Source: Gammaproteobacteria bacterium (GTDB lineage Bacteria > Pseudomonadota > Gammaproteobacteria > QNFE01). Taken from it: a stretch of DNA of 64,000 nt. Below, one piece after another: positions 1-10,182 of this stretch. The DNA lies in assembly GCA_003645455.1 (NCBI GenBank), contig QNFE01000002.1, positions 10,428 to 74,427 of the forward strand, read 5' to 3'. Under the pieces are notes generated by a model. That model did no database searches and had not been told where the DNA came from. It worked only from the letters and a program-made list of their open reading frames with translations. The position numbers and the translations under genes were made by a program. The first letter of the stretch is position 1; each line of letters opens with the position of its first letter.

Positions 1-2
1 AA

Positions 3-866
3 ATGGCATCAAAGGTTACAGGAATTGATGTAATTTTTGGTGGCCATACTCACGATGGCGTGCCACAACCTATCAAGATTAAAAATAAATCTGGCATAAC
101 ACTGGTCACTAATGCAGGCTCAAATGGTAAATTTTTGGGAGTTATGGCTTTAAAAATAAAAAATAAAAAAGTTGTTGATTTTAAATATAATCTTTTGCCT
201 GTTTTTTCTAATTTATTGCCTGCTGATAAAAAAATGCAAGATTATATTGATAATGTTCGCCGGCCATACTTGAAAAAATTAAATCAACCTCTTGCGGTAG
301 CAGATAATTTATTATATCGCCGTGGTAATTTCAACGGCACATTTGATCAGATAATTTGCAATGCTATGAATGATGTTAAAGACTCACAAATATCGCTATC
401 TCCTGGTTTTAGATGGGGCACGACTGTTTTACCAGGACAGACAATTACAATGGAAAATGTATTAGATCAAACTTGCATAACTTACCCTGAAACCTATCGC
501 AGGCAAATGAGTGGCAAAGATATAAAAATAATATTAGAAGATGTAGCGGATAATCTTTTTAACCCTGACCCTTATTATCAACAAGGCGGTGATATGGTGC
601 GAGTTGGAGGCTTGGATTATGCCATCTCCCCTAATAAAAAAATAGGTTCTCGCATATCTAGCATGACATTGGATAATGGCAAAAAAATAGATCCTAATAA
701 AAAATATATTGTCTCAGGTTGGGCGACAGTGGGCTCAAAGTCCCCAGGGGAGCCGATATGGGATGTAGTAGCCGAACATTTATCAAAAAATAAAACCGCC
801 AAAATCCCTAAAATAAATACTCCCAAAATTACAGGACTTGGTAAAAACCCAGGACTTGGCAGTTAA
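3..866 (+). CDS. soxB: Thiosulfohydrolase SoxB, C-terminal part (5' end outside window)
   Basis: 5'-nucleotidase-family motifs GGHTHD, NAGSNGKFLG, RRGNFNGTFDQ, SPGFRWG, DPYYQQGGDMVR typical of SoxB. Confidence 0.93.
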   Translation: MASKVTGIDVIFGGHTHDGVPQPIKIKNKSGITLVTNAGSNGKFLGVMALKIKNKKVVDFKYNLLPVFSNLLPADKKMQDYIDNVRRPYLKKLNQPLAVADNLLYRRGNFNGTFDQIICNAMNDVKDSQISLSPGFRWGTTVLPGQTITMENVLDQTCITYPETYRRQMSGKDIKIILEDVADNLFNPDPYYQQGGDMVRVGGLDYAISPNKKIGSRISSMTLDNGKKIDPNKKYIVSGWATVGSKSPGEPIWDVVAEHLSKNKTAKIPKINTPKITGLGKNPGLGS

Positions 867-957
867 AGAAAGCCTGATTAACTCAAAAAATAGCCAACAT
901 ACTATTAGCATTACATGTTTTGTTTATCAAATTAGCTTTGAGGGTTATTTTTGTCTG

Positions 958-1302
958 TTAATCGGAGCCTCTTTTAAGGGTGTAAATATAGGTATCAACC
1001 ATAACTTTATTTTTAAGCTCTGCTGTGGTAAGCTCTCTCTTGTATTCCTCTCCCTCAAACTTATCTAATTTATGCCAATTTGTTGCCAGATTGTCGCAAA
1101 TAAATACATATCCATAAACTTTATCGCCATTTTTATCCAAAACAATTGCAGGATAGCCAATTTTTGCAGCCCATCCATTTTGATGTAAAACACCGGTAAC
1201 ACTGGCATTTTCCCACACACCCTCGCCAATATCGGATAAAATATGTTCGTTAGGACAACCAGGGCATAGGCTCCCATACACAAACAATTTATTTACTACC
1301 AT
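958..1302 (-). CDS. Gamma-glutamylcyclotransferase (GGCT/AIG2-like) family protein
   Basis: LFVYGSL N-terminal motif, GYPA, LDKFEG..Y. Confidence 0.85.
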   Translation of the reverse strand: MVVNKLFVYGSLCPGCPNEHILSDIGEGVWENASVTGVLHQNGWAAKIGYPAIVLDKNGDKVYGYVFICDNLATNWHKLDKFEGEEYKRELTTAELKNKVMVDTYIYTLKRGSD

Positions 1303-1337
1303 AATTTATATTCCTTAATTGTCATAAAGAGAGCTCA

Positions 1338-2933
1338 TTATAAAATTGAATCTACTAACTGTTGAGTATAGGTGTGTTGTGGGTTTTTAAATATCTTATC
1401 TGTGCTGTTTTTTTCAACTATCTTACCCTGTTTTAAAACGATAACTTCATCACAAATTGCCCTTATAACATTCAGATCGTGGCTAATAAAAATATAAGTA
1501 AGATTTTCTGTTGTTTGTAAGTCTTGCAATAATTCTAAGACATTTTTTTGAGTTGAAACATCTAAGGCAGAGGTAGGTTCGTCCAGGATTATAAGAGAGG
1601 GTTTTAAAATAATAGCACGAGCTATGGCGATTCTTTGACGTTGTCCGCCGGAGAATTCATGCGGATATAGATGGGTTATATCGGCAGGCAATCCAACATT
1701 TTTTAAAACCTGTTGCATTTTTTGGTTATTTTCTGTATCACTATTATTTGGTTGAAAAACACCCAGACCCTCACAAATAATTTGTCCGATGGTAAGGCGA
1801 GGAGATAAAGAGGCGAACGGGTCTTGAAAAACAATTTGTAAAAATTCACGCATTTTTTGTATTTGTTTACGATTCAAGTCTTTGATTGTTTTATTATTAA
1901 ATTTTATCGTGCCATTATAAGTTTGCAAATTTAAAATACATTTTGCCAAGGTGGATTTACCAGAACCTGACTCACCTACGACACCAAGTGTAGAGCCTTG
2001 TTTGACTTTAAAATCAATTTTATCAAGGGCATTTATAATCAGCGGTTTTCTATCAAAAAAACCTTTTTTAATCTTAAAAGTTTTTGATAAATTTTTTGTC
2101 TCTAAAATTGTTTTATCATAGGTTTGATGCGGTTTTTGAGATAATTTATTGGCCTCTAATAATTTTTTGGTGTAATGATGTTGAGGAGATTTAAAAATAT
2201 TATCACAAGTCCCACTCTCTACTATTTGCCCTTTTTGCATCACAAAAACATTTTGAGCGAACGATTTAACCAGTAGTAAATTATGAGTAATCAATAAAAT
2301 TGCCATTTTATTTTGTTGTTGCAACTTTAATAATAACTCCATAATCTCACTTTGGGTATTGACATCCAAAGCTGTTGTCGGCTCATCTGCTATCAAAAGT
2401 TTAGGGCAGCCTGCCAGCGCCATCGCAATCATCACTCTTTGGCGTTGTCCGCCTGATAACATATGTGGATAGTTGTTAATCCGTTGCTCGCTATTTTGAA
2501 TACAAACCAAATCTAATAATTCCAAAGCCCTATTTTTAATTTGTTTTTTATTAAGGGTTTTGTTGTTACTATGGAGCCGTATGTTTTCTGATAACTGGGC
2601 GCCGATAGTCCACAAGGGATTCAAAGCACTCGCAGGCTCTTGAAAAATCATCGTTATATCAGAACCACGAATTTGTTGCATTGATAAATTATCTAACTTT
2701 AAAATATCATCAGTTTGGTTAAAAATAATCTTGCCTTGATATTTAACATATTTTTCATCGTGTAATCGCAACAAACTCATCGCTGTCACAGATTTCCCAG
2801 AGCCAGACTCACCCACCAAAGCAATTCTTTGATTTTGAAAAATCTGCATTGATAAACTTTTTACAATTTCTGTTTTATCCCCAAACCGCTCAAACGAGAT
2901 TGATAAATTTTGAATATCTAAGATGGTTTTCAT
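1338..2933 (-). CDS. yejF: Peptide ABC transporter ATP-binding protein with two ABC domains (YejF-like)
   Basis: Two GESGSGKS Walker A and two (L/F)SGGQRQR signatures; same strand as yejB/yejE. Confidence 0.88.
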   Translation of the reverse strand: MKTILDIQNLSISFERFGDKTEIVKSLSMQIFQNQRIALVGESGSGKSVTAMSLLRLHDEKYVKYQGKIIFNQTDDILKLDNLSMQQIRGSDITMIFQEPASALNPLWTIGAQLSENIRLHSNNKTLNKKQIKNRALELLDLVCIQNSEQRINNYPHMLSGGQRQRVMIAMALAGCPKLLIADEPTTALDVNTQSEIMELLLKLQQQNKMAILLITHNLLLVKSFAQNVFVMQKGQIVESGTCDNIFKSPQHHYTKKLLEANKLSQKPHQTYDKTILETKNLSKTFKIKKGFFDRKPLIINALDKIDFKVKQGSTLGVVGESGSGKSTLAKCILNLQTYNGTIKFNNKTIKDLNRKQIQKMREFLQIVFQDPFASLSPRLTIGQIICEGLGVFQPNNSDTENNQKMQQVLKNVGLPADITHLYPHEFSGGQRQRIAIARAIILKPSLIILDEPTSALDVSTQKNVLELLQDLQTTENLTYIFISHDLNVIRAICDEVIVLKQGKIVEKNSTDKIFKNPQHTYTQQLVDSIL

Positions 2934-3037
2934 TTTTTGTTTTCACTTAAATTAAATTTTGCAATAGTATATCATAAATTTACATTACTGATGATAATTT
3001 TAAAACTAATTTTTATCATTGCAAAAAAACAATAATT

Positions 3038-3286
3038 CGTCATAACGAGGCGGACGAATCGCTAATTAACAATTGATAGTTAACAGTTATTAGTTTGAGT
3101 GTCACTATTAATTTTTAACTAATAACTAATAACTATTTTTAATCCGCCGTGGTTATCTCGTGTTATTATCCGTTTGCTTTGTTTTTAATCTTGTTTTGTC
3201 ACAGGTTTAGTGCATACACAGCGAGATTGCCGCGGCGGTTTAAATTCTTGATATTACAGCATTTTTCCGTCCGCCTCGCAATGACG
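3038..3286. repeat. CGTC-type palindromic REP-like element, copy 1, with internal heptamer array
   Basis: Termini CGTCATAACGAGGCGGACG / CGTCCGCCTCGCAATGACG; inner GTTATCTCG...CGAGATTGC; very similar inverted copy at 23973-24156. Confidence 0.85.
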
Positions 3287-3513
3287 GTGGTTCTTTTTTT
3301 AGGCTTATGTCCAGCTCTGTCCGACTTATGATAAAAATATGGTTGAGTGTCCAAAATCAGGGCGACCATATTGTGGGCTTGTAGCCACAACCAAAAACAA
3401 TGTTGTTGTGTCTATTAATTCTGGTTATCCATGTCATTGAAAAATTTGAAAACAAAAATTAAAAAGTTTATAATGTCTATCTTTTGAGAGTGTAATTTTT
3501 ACTATAAAAACAT

Positions 3514-4296
3514 ATGACACCATACTTTAAAGACAAATCAGTTAAACTTTTTTTGGGGGATAGTTTAGAGTTATTAAAAGAGATGCCTGCCGAATGTGTT
3601 GATATGATTTTTGCCGACCCTCCTTATAATTTATCAAATGGCGGTTTTAGTTGTCATGCTGGAAAAAGAGTAAGTGTCAATAAGGGTAAATGGGATCAAA
3701 GCCGTGGAATAGAAGAGGATTTTAAATTTCACAATAAATGGATTAAGGCTTGTAGGCGAGTTTTAAAACCAAACGGCAGCATGTGGATTTCAGGCACTTA
3801 TCACTCTATTTATTCTTGTGGTTATGCTTTGCAAAAACAAGGCTGGCATATTATCAATGATATATCATGGCTCAAACCAAATGCTGCCCCGAACCTATCT
3901 TGCAGAATGTTTACCGCAAGCCATGAAACTTTGATATGGGCAAGAAAAGATAAAAAATCCAAACATACTTTTAATTATCCAGCAATTAAAAATGGCAACT
4001 TCCCAAAAGACTTTATAAAAAAACCAAACAAGCAAATGCGTAGTGTGTGGGCGATCGGCACTCCCTTAAATGGTGAAAAAAAATATGGCAAGCACCCTAC
4101 CCAAAAACCAGAGAGCCTATTGGAGAGAATAATTATTGCCGCAAGCTGTGAGGGAGATTTAATATTAGATCCTTTTTGTGGCAGTGCCACAACAGGTATT
4201 ATGGCATTAAAACATAAGCGTAAATTTGCAGGATTAGATATGGAGCAACAATATTTTGATGATTTGGCAATACCAAGAATTAAGGATTTATTATGA
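3514..4296 (+). CDS. Beta-class amino (N6/N4) DNA methyltransferase, DpnA-like
   Basis: FADPPY precedes HPTQKP and ILDPFCGSATT. Confidence 0.92.
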   Translation: MTPYFKDKSVKLFLGDSLELLKEMPAECVDMIFADPPYNLSNGGFSCHAGKRVSVNKGKWDQSRGIEEDFKFHNKWIKACRRVLKPNGSMWISGTYHSIYSCGYALQKQGWHIINDISWLKPNAAPNLSCRMFTASHETLIWARKDKKSKHTFNYPAIKNGNFPKDFIKKPNKQMRSVWAIGTPLNGEKKYGKHPTQKPESLLERIIIAASCEGDLILDPFCGSATTGIMALKHKRKFAGLDMEQQYFDDLAIPRIKDLL

Positions 4297-4390
4297 GACC
4301 TTTGCATAATTCAAGCACAATTTATAAAACACATAAAAATGCACTATTTTCTGCATTCTCTAAACAGCACTTGATTTATGCAAAGGTCTC
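4295..4390. mobile_element. MITE, short form (96 bp)
   Basis: GAGACCTTTGCATAA...TTATGCAAAGGTCTC termini; perfect 5-bp flanking duplication ATTAT. Confidence 0.9.
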
Positions 4391-4393
4391 ATT

Positions 4394-4921
4394 ATGATTG
4401 AGGGCGGAACAGGTGGAAACACAACTTTAACTGGTTTAAACTTTGAGAATAAGGTAGATTTAATCACACTACTAATGCAAATAAAAGGATATAGTGTAAA
4501 AAAACAAGCAGTTGGAAACAACATATTATTCAACAATAAAGTTGTAGCAAGATGTTTTAAAAAATATGAATTTTATAAGTTTTTAGATGAACATAAAATA
4601 GACCATAAGAGCATATTATCTAAAAAACTTTTACCAGATGATGCTTTACTTGTCATTGTCCGCGAAACCTTATTTATTATTGAGGTTAAATATCAACAAG
4701 TTGCAGGATCTGTTGACGAAAAACTACAAACTTGTGATTTTAAAAGAAAACAATACTTGAAATTGGTTCAGCCATTAGGCATTAAAGTTGAATATGTTTA
4801 TGTGTTAAATGATTGGTTCAAACAACCATCTTATAAGGATGTTTTGGATTATATCAATAGCATGAATTGCCATTATAAATTCAATGAGTTGCCTTTATCT
4901 TGGCTGGGATTACCGAAATAA
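4394..4921 (+). CDS. PD-(D/E)xK nuclease, probable type II restriction endonuclease
   Basis: LLPDDAL...IIEVKYQ catalytic-type motif; directly downstream of the methyltransferase. Confidence 0.75.
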   Translation: MIEGGTGGNTTLTGLNFENKVDLITLLMQIKGYSVKKQAVGNNILFNNKVVARCFKKYEFYKFLDEHKIDHKSILSKKLLPDDALLVIVRETLFIIEVKYQQVAGSVDEKLQTCDFKRKQYLKLVQPLGIKVEYVYVLNDWFKQPSYKDVLDYINSMNCHYKFNELPLSWLGLPK

Positions 4922-4929
4922 AAGACCTA

Positions 4930-5970
4930 TCAATTATTACGAGTATCAAAAGCAGATCGCAATGCCTCGCCGATAAAAATTAGTAAAATCAAAGTGCCGA
5001 CCAAAACTGTAAAAGTTGTCAAGGATAACCACCATGCATCAATATTTTCTTTGCCTTGGGATAATAACTCGCCCAATGATGGCGTTGAAGGTGGCACGCC
5101 TAACCCCAGATAATCCAAACTTGTTAAGGCTAAGATTGAGGCGGACAAACGAAATGGCAAAAAAGTTATAACCGGGGTCAGGCTATTTGGCAAAAGGTGT
5201 CGCCACATTATTTTTACATTTCCTACCCCCAACGCCCGAGCTGCCTCGACATAGTCCAGATTTCGTGCTTTGAGAAACTCGGCACGAACATAATCTGCCA
5301 AACCCATCCAGCCGAACATTGATAATAAAATCAACAATAACCAAATACTAGGCTGAAAGATTGAGGCAAAAATAATCAACAAATATAACTCTGGCATTGA
5401 ACCATATACTTCAATAATTCTTTGCATCACCAGATCAATTTTGCCGCCAAAATATCCTTGAATTGCTCCCAAAATTATGCCAATAATTGTGCCGATAACA
5501 CTTAACACAACTCCAAATAATAACGATAACCGAAAGCCATAAATCAGCCTTGCTAAAACATCTCGCCCTCTGTCATCTGTCCCCAGTAAATTATCCATAT
5601 TCGGTGGTGCGGGGTTGGGGTGGCGGGTGTTATAATTGATGGTATTAAAACTATACGGATTAGGTGGATAAATTACCCAGTTGCCGTTTTTTGTTAATTT
5701 TTCTTTAATATATTCGTCATTATAATTTGCCTCTGACTCAAAATCTCCGCCAAAAGTTGTTTCAGAATAGGTTTTAAAAAGTGGAAAATAATAAGAGTTA
5801 TTATAATTTATTATCAAAGGTTTGTCGTTGCTAATCACTTCGGCAAACATACTAATTATGAATAAAAAACTAATTATCCATAAACTTATCAAACCACGGC
5901 GATTTTTTTTAAATCTTAAAATTGCCTGTTGAGTGATGGAAAGATTTTTTTTTGTATTTGTGTTTTTCAT
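4930..5970 (-). CDS. yejE: Peptide ABC transporter permease YejE
   Basis: LGTDDRGRDVLARLIYG and EAARALG (EAA loop). Confidence 0.9.
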   Translation of the reverse strand: MKNTNTKKNLSITQQAILRFKKNRRGLISLWIISFLFIISMFAEVISNDKPLIINYNNSYYFPLFKTYSETTFGGDFESEANYNDEYIKEKLTKNGNWVIYPPNPYSFNTINYNTRHPNPAPPNMDNLLGTDDRGRDVLARLIYGFRLSLLFGVVLSVIGTIIGIILGAIQGYFGGKIDLVMQRIIEVYGSMPELYLLIIFASIFQPSIWLLLILLSMFGWMGLADYVRAEFLKARNLDYVEAARALGVGNVKIMWRHLLPNSLTPVITFLPFRLSASILALTSLDYLGLGVPPSTPSLGELLSQGKENIDAWWLSLTTFTVLVGTLILLIFIGEALRSAFDTRNN

Positions 5971-5985
5971 AAGACCTTCATCTTG

Positions 5986-7035
5986 TTATCTCGCCTCATC
6001 AAATGCAATCCGTGGATCAATCAACACATAACTTATATCAGACATAAGTTTTGCTACCAAGCCCATCAGACTAAATATAAATAAAGATCCCAAAACAACT
6101 GGATAATCTCGCCGCAGGATTGACTCATAGGATAATAACCCTAATCCATCAAGGGAGAAAATCTGTTCTATCAATAGGCTTCCGGTAAAAAATGCTCCGA
6201 TGAAAGCGGCTGGAAACCCTGTAATAAGCGGAATCATTGCATTGCGTAAAATATGGCGGTATGAAATTGTTGTCTCAGATAAACCTTTGGCTCGTGCGGT
6301 TATAACATATTGTTTAGATATCTCTTCCAAAAAACTATTTTTAGTAAGCATTGTCATAACTGCCAAGGAACCAACACTCATCGCCAAAACTGGTAAAAAA
6401 ATATGCCATAAATAATCGGTTATTTTGCTCCAAAATGATAGAGAATCAAAATTATCAGATATCAATCCTCGCAACGGAAACACATCATAAAAACTACCGC
6501 CACCGAACAAAACCAACAAAGCGATGCCTAACAGGAAACCCGGAATTGCATAACCTACTAAAATCACCGTGCTACTTATAACATCAAAACGACTGCCGTG
6601 ATAGAGTGCTTTGCTGATGCCTAATGGGATTGAGATAAGATAAGTGATTAAAAAAGTCCAAATACCAAGACTGATTGAGACCGGTAATTTTTCTTTAATT
6701 AGTGAGATGACGGATTTATGTTGAAAATAACTATCCCCAAAATCAAGGACAAGGTAATTTTTTATCATCATCCAAAATCTTTGATGAATCGGTTTATCAA
6801 AACCATATCTTAATTTTATTTTATTTAATATCTCATCATCAAGCCCTGCCCTGCCACGATAGGTTTGTCCGAAACCAGTGGCAACCTCTCCTGTTTGTGA
6901 TTCGCCTTGAAGTTGATGAACTAATTGTTCCACAGGACCGCCCGGCACAAATTGGGTCACTATAAAAGTTAATAACATTATGCCAAACAAAGTTGGAATC
7001 ATCAATAATAATCTTTTAAGTATATAAAAAAACAT
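5986..7035 (-). CDS. yejB: Peptide ABC transporter permease YejB
   Basis: YILKRLLLMIPTLFG, QFVPGGPVE, TARAKGL. Confidence 0.9.
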   Translation of the reverse strand: MFFYILKRLLLMIPTLFGIMLLTFIVTQFVPGGPVEQLVHQLQGESQTGEVATGFGQTYRGRAGLDDEILNKIKLRYGFDKPIHQRFWMMIKNYLVLDFGDSYFQHKSVISLIKEKLPVSISLGIWTFLITYLISIPLGISKALYHGSRFDVISSTVILVGYAIPGFLLGIALLVLFGGGSFYDVFPLRGLISDNFDSLSFWSKITDYLWHIFLPVLAMSVGSLAVMTMLTKNSFLEEISKQYVITARAKGLSETTISYRHILRNAMIPLITGFPAAFIGAFFTGSLLIEQIFSLDGLGLLSYESILRRDYPVVLGSLFIFSLMGLVAKLMSDISYVLIDPRIAFDEAR

Positions 7036-7160
7036 AAGGTCTATTTTTGTTTTAAAAAGACAGTATAAAAGATTTTTATGTTATTTTTTGAAAAAACTTG
7101 ATTTTAACACTTTATTTATTGTATAATGGTTTGTTTTTACTTTTTATAAGGAGTTTTATT

Positions 7161-7391
7161 ATGGCAGATTTTGATCAAGAATTAGATGCATCGGGCTTGA
7201 ATTGCCCACTACCAATTTTGCGAGCTAAAAAATCTTTGACATCTATGGATGTAGGACAGGTTTTAAAAATTATTGCAACTGATCCTGGTTCTGTAAAAGA
7301 TTTTGAAGCATTTTCAAACCAAACTGGCAACGAATTATTATCCTCAGGTGAAGAGGGCGGTAAATTTGTTTTTGCCATTAAAAAATCATAA
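7161..7391 (+). CDS. tusA: Sulfur carrier TusA
   Basis: LDASGLNCPLP motif; AGGAG RBS before ATG 7161. Confidence 0.93.
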   Translation: MADFDQELDASGLNCPLPILRAKKSLTSMDVGQVLKIIATDPGSVKDFEAFSNQTGNELLSSGEEGGKFVFAIKKS

Positions 7392-7419
7392 GATTTTTTA
7401 TTTTTTGAGGTATTAAATT

Positions 7420-7899
7420 ATGGCTAACAAAAAACTGGCAATTATTGCCACCAAAGGCACACTTGACTGGGCTTATCCGCCTTTTATTTTGGGTTCAACA
7501 GCGGCTGCCTTAGGATATGATGTTGAGATTTTCTTTACTTTTTATGGTTTGCAGTTGTTAAAAAAACAACCAGATCTTTCTGTATCACCACTTGGCAACC
7601 CTGGGATGCCAATGCCGATGGGTATGGATAAGTGGTTTCCGGTAATCGGCACCGCCATCCCTGGAATGCAGGCGATTATGACGGCAATGATGAAAGCCAA
7701 GATGAAAAAGAAAGGTGTCGCCAGCATTGAAGAATTACGCGAGTTATGTGGTGAGGCAGAAGTTAAATTTATCGCCTGCCAGATGACGGTTGATTTATTT
7801 GATATGAATCCTGATGATTTTATGGATGGTGTGGAATATGCAGGAGCCGCTAAATTCTTTGAATTTGCAGGTGGTGCTGATATATCACTCTACATTTAA
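7420..7899 (+). CDS. dsrE2: DsrE2-type sulfurtransferase
   Basis: KKLAIIATKG.LDWAYPPF and ACQMTVDLF; tusA-dsrE2 pairing as in sulfur oxidisers. Confidence 0.88.
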   Translation: MANKKLAIIATKGTLDWAYPPFILGSTAAALGYDVEIFFTFYGLQLLKKQPDLSVSPLGNPGMPMPMGMDKWFPVIGTAIPGMQAIMTAMMKAKMKKKGVASIEELRELCGEAEVKFIACQMTVDLFDMNPDDFMDGVEYAGAAKFFEFAGGADISLYI

Positions 7900-7918
7900 C
7901 TTTTATTTTTTTTACATC

Positions 7919-7950
7919 AAAGGCAATTATTATGTATAATTGCCTTTTTT
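7919..7950 (+). terminator. Probable intrinsic terminator after dsrE2
   Basis: AAAGGCAATTAT / ATAATTGCCTTT stem followed by a T run. Confidence 0.65.
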
Positions 7951-7968
7951 ATTTTTTAAACTCATAGA

Positions 7969-9672
7969 ATGCAACTTGATGGCAGTCAAATTTTAATTGA
8001 ATCTTTAAAAGCAGAAAAAGTTAAAACTATTTTTGGTTATCCGGGCGGAGCAGTTTTGCACATCTATGACGAATTATCTCGTCACCAAGATCTTCAACAT
8101 ATTTTAACCCGTCACGAACAAGGGGCAACCCATGCCGCCGATGGTTTTGCTCGTGCCACAGGCGAGGTGGGGGTGGCTTTATTAACCTCAGGTCCTGGGG
8201 CTACCAATGCTGTCACAGCTCTGGCGACAGCTTATATGGATTCCATTCCAATTGTAGTTATCACCGGACAAGTAATGAGCCACTTTATCGGCTCGGATGC
8301 TTTTCAAGAGGCAGATATAACAGGAATTACTCGCCCTTGTGTTAAACACAACTATTTAATAAAAGATATAAATGATATTGCCCCTACTATAAAAAAGGCT
8401 TTTTATATCGCCAAAACTGGCAGACCAGGTCCGGTGTTAATTGATATTCCCAAGGATCTCACTGCACCTGCTTTAAAGACAAATTTTACCTATCCAAAAA
8501 ATATAAATATTCGCTCTTACAAACCAAACACCACAGGCAACCCTCGCCAAATTAAAAAAGCTTTGGAGCAGATTAAAAAAGCCAAAAAACCAATTATTTA
8601 TTATGGTGGTGGTGTAGTCTTGGCTAATGCCGATAAAGAATTACGAGAATTTGCTAAAAAAATAAACTCACCTGTAACCAGCACCCTGATGGGTCTTGGG
8701 GCTTTTGACAGCACTGATGAATTGTTTGTAGGTATGCTTGGCATGCACGGCACCTATGAGGCGAATATGGCGATGCATGAGTGTGATACCCTAATCGCTA
8801 TCGGTGCACGTTTTGATGACCGGGTCACAGGCGAGGTGGAACATTTTTGTCCGCAAGCGACGATTATTCATATTGACATAGATCCATCATCAATTTCAAA
8901 AAATGTCCAAGTGGATACCCCTATTGTCGGTGATGTCAAACAAGTCTTAACAATTTTTAACAAAAATTTTGCTAGCAAAAAATCGACAAGCCATCAAAAA
9001 TGGTGGCAAGATATTCAAAAATGGCGAAAATCAGATTGCCTAAAATATAACAAAAAATCAGATAGAATAAAACCACAAGCGGTGGTGGAGGCATTAAGTG
9101 AGATTGCCCCGGATGCAATAGTAGCAACAGATGTCGGACAACACCAAATGTTTGCTGCCCAATTTTTCAAATTCAACAGAAATCGCCAATTTTTAACCTC
9201 TGGTGGCTTAGGCACAATGGGTTATGGGTTGCCTGCGGCCATAGGAGCTGCGGTGGCAAAACCTAAATCTGATATAGCACTGATTACCGGGGACGGCAGT
9301 ATTCAAATGTGTATCCAAGAGTTAGCAACTTGTTTTCAATATGGACTACCCATCAAAATTATAAATCTTAATAATAGCTTTCTTGGAATGGTTCGTCAAT
9401 GGCAAGAGTTTTTTTATGATGAAACATATAGCCAAACCCCTTTAAATCACAATCCAGATTTTGTTAAATTGGCGGAAAGTTATGGACATATTGGAATAAG
9501 AATTACAAAACCTGCTGATGTTCGCCCAGCATTAAAAAAAGCTTTTGCCATCAAAGACAAATTAGTTTTTATGGATTTTTTAACCGATCAAACTGAAAAC
9601 GTATATCCTATGATAGTCGCAGGCAAAGGACACCACGAGATGCAACTATCACCTGAATCTGCCCTATTATGA
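7969..9672 (+). CDS. ilvI: Acetolactate synthase large subunit
   Basis: FGYPGGA, RHEQGA, GDGS ThDP motif, LGMVRQWQ. Confidence 0.95.
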   Translation: MQLDGSQILIESLKAEKVKTIFGYPGGAVLHIYDELSRHQDLQHILTRHEQGATHAADGFARATGEVGVALLTSGPGATNAVTALATAYMDSIPIVVITGQVMSHFIGSDAFQEADITGITRPCVKHNYLIKDINDIAPTIKKAFYIAKTGRPGPVLIDIPKDLTAPALKTNFTYPKNINIRSYKPNTTGNPRQIKKALEQIKKAKKPIIYYGGGVVLANADKELREFAKKINSPVTSTLMGLGAFDSTDELFVGMLGMHGTYEANMAMHECDTLIAIGARFDDRVTGEVEHFCPQATIIHIDIDPSSISKNVQVDTPIVGDVKQVLTIFNKNFASKKSTSHQKWWQDIQKWRKSDCLKYNKKSDRIKPQAVVEALSEIAPDAIVATDVGQHQMFAAQFFKFNRNRQFLTSGGLGTMGYGLPAAIGAAVAKPKSDIALITGDGSIQMCIQELATCFQYGLPIKIINLNNSFLGMVRQWQEFFYDETYSQTPLNHNPDFVKLAESYGHIGIRITKPADVRPALKKAFAIKDKLVFMDFLTDQTENVYPMIVAGKGHHEMQLSPESALL

Positions 9673-10157
9673 AAAGACATATCTTAGCAATTTTAATGGA
9701 AAACGAATCAGGAGCATTAGCACGAGTCGCAAGCCTATTCGCTGCTCGTGGTTATAATATTGAATCTCTGACTGTGGCAAAAACCCATGATAATACTCTG
9801 TCTCGTATGACGATAGTAACCTGTGGTTCCACCCAAATTATTGAACAAATCTGCAAACAACTCAACAAACTAATTGATGTTGTGCATATCCGTAATTTAA
9901 CCGACTCCGATCACATTGAACGTGAAATGATGTTAATCAAAGTCAATGCCAATGCCAAAACAAGAGATGAGATATATCGTTTAACCAGCATATTCAGAGC
10001 AGATATTGTTGATGTATCAGCCACAACATTTGTTATCAATATCACAGGCAGAAGCAGTAAATTAGACGCCTTCATCCGGGCCGTAGGCTCCGACAACATC
10101 AAAGAAATTGTGAGATCAGGAGTCACAGGCATCATCCGCGGCAAAAATATTCTTTGA
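9669..10157 (+). CDS. ilvH: Acetolactate synthase small subunit
   Basis: [23 protein letters not shown] domain. Confidence 0.95.
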   Translation: MKRHILAILMENESGALARVASLFAARGYNIESLTVAKTHDNTLSRMTIVTCGSTQIIEQICKQLNKLIDVVHIRNLTDSDHIEREMMLIKVNANAKTRDEIYRLTSIFRADIVDVSATTFVINITGRSSKLDAFIRAVGSDNIKEIVRSGVTGIIRGKNIL

Positions 10158-10182
10158 TAGATTGTCGCCACCAAAGTTAATA

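Noticed and set aside
3149-3390. Short ORFs 3149-3331 and 3199-3390 (also 15394-15576, 22599-22841, 23961-24167, 42905-43144)
   Set aside because: They are translations of repeat elements and resemble each other only for that reason
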